Assembly: GCA_965116155.1 (NCBI GenBank)
Contig: OZ220488.1
Span: forward strand, 977,103 to 1,041,102
Direction: 5' to 3'
From: Bdellovibrionales bacterium
GTDB lineage: Bacteria > Bdellovibrionota > Bdellovibrionia > Bdellovibrionales > UBA1609
DNA: 64,000 nucleotides
Shown here: in pieces, positions 63,664-64,000 of the stretch
Numbering within the stretch: the stretch's first letter is position 1
Layout of the letters: the number at the start of each line of letters is the position of its first letter
Translations under genes and position numbers: made by a program
The notes under the pieces: generated by a model
Told to the model about the DNA's origin: nothing
What the model saw: the letters and a program-made list of their open reading frames with translations, nothing else
Databases searched by the model: none

Positions 63664-64000
63664 ATGAAAAACCTAACACTCACTTTATTCTTAACATTAT
63701 TGAGCTTTGCTTTTGCAACAAATGCACTTGCCAATACATTTTCTCTTATAATGGCTGCACACGCAGGCGACCTAGCAAAGGTAAAAAAGCTTATTGCACA
63801 GGGGATGAGCCCAAACGCTCAGGACTCAAGTGGTACCTTTCGCGGCACAGCCCTGCACAGTGCAGCAGAAAAAGGCCACATAGACATAGTACAATACCTT
63901 TTAGAACAGGGTGCCAAGATCGATGCAAGAGACAAAGATGGCAGGACGCCCCTTATGTGGACAGTAAGTAAAGACAAAGATGCAGAGGAAATGATCAAAC
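63664..64000 (+). CDS. secreted ankyrin-repeat protein (3' end outside window)
   Basis: AAAGGAGAA RBS. The signal peptide MKNLTLTLFLTLLSFAFATNALA is paralogous to that of 61341. ANK units GTALHSAAEKGHIDIVQYLLEQGAKIDARDKDGRTPLM. The frame is open to the window end. Confidence 0.75.
   Translation, partial: MKNLTLTLFLTLLSFAFATNALANTFSLIMAAHAGDLAKVKKLIAQGMSPNAQDSSGTFRGTALHSAAEKGHIDIVQYLLEQGAKIDARDKDGRTPLMWTVSKDKDAEEMIK

Overview
Bacterial chromosomal window with about 50 protein genes and 2 tRNAs. Housekeeping genes include ung, dsbD, an RND permease, a double ABC ATPase, an AGCS symporter, an S41 protease, pal-ybgF, tsaD-dapA-dapB, a transaldolase-family gene, htrA, secG, tmk-holB, a Na/Pi cotransporter and an MscS-family channel. 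Accessory content includes a class II Fic protein, an IS3-family element, an AbiEi/AbiEii cassette, an Rpn-like nuclease, an NYN protein, three signal-peptide ankyrin proteins, tandem lipoprotein metalloproteases, and two paralogous VWA/Ig-like membrane proteins. An AgmX/PglI-type C-terminal domain, DUF1844, FHA-GGDEF and Tol-Pal pieces suggest a Bdellovibrionota/Myxococcota-like lineage, but this is a guess. The most unusual feature is not a gene. Almost every intergenic spacer is built from a mosaic of modular nested-hairpin repeats, about 20 arrays and roughly 6 kb or 10% of the window by hand tally. Their termini (TTAGAGCGCTAG, TTAAAGACTAGCCAAAACACC, TGCGTAAGCAT) repeatedly coincide with stop codons, abut start codons, and in several cases encode C-terminal protein tails. 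The arrays also show perfect tandem duplications, a candidate nested insertion, an IS3 insertion with a visible empty-site paralog, and stem variants whose two arms differ together between copies. I do not recognise this family as REP/BIME, ERIC, Correia or RPE by sequence, and I cannot run a database search. Other leads are the AbiE cassette bracketed by ~104-120 bp direct repeats, 40-bp (CTTTT)8 and (CTTT)10 tracts upstream of two secreted ankyrin genes, and an 11-bp-phased 9-mer array upstream of fic. No CRISPR array, rRNA, reverse transcriptase or prophage was seen.
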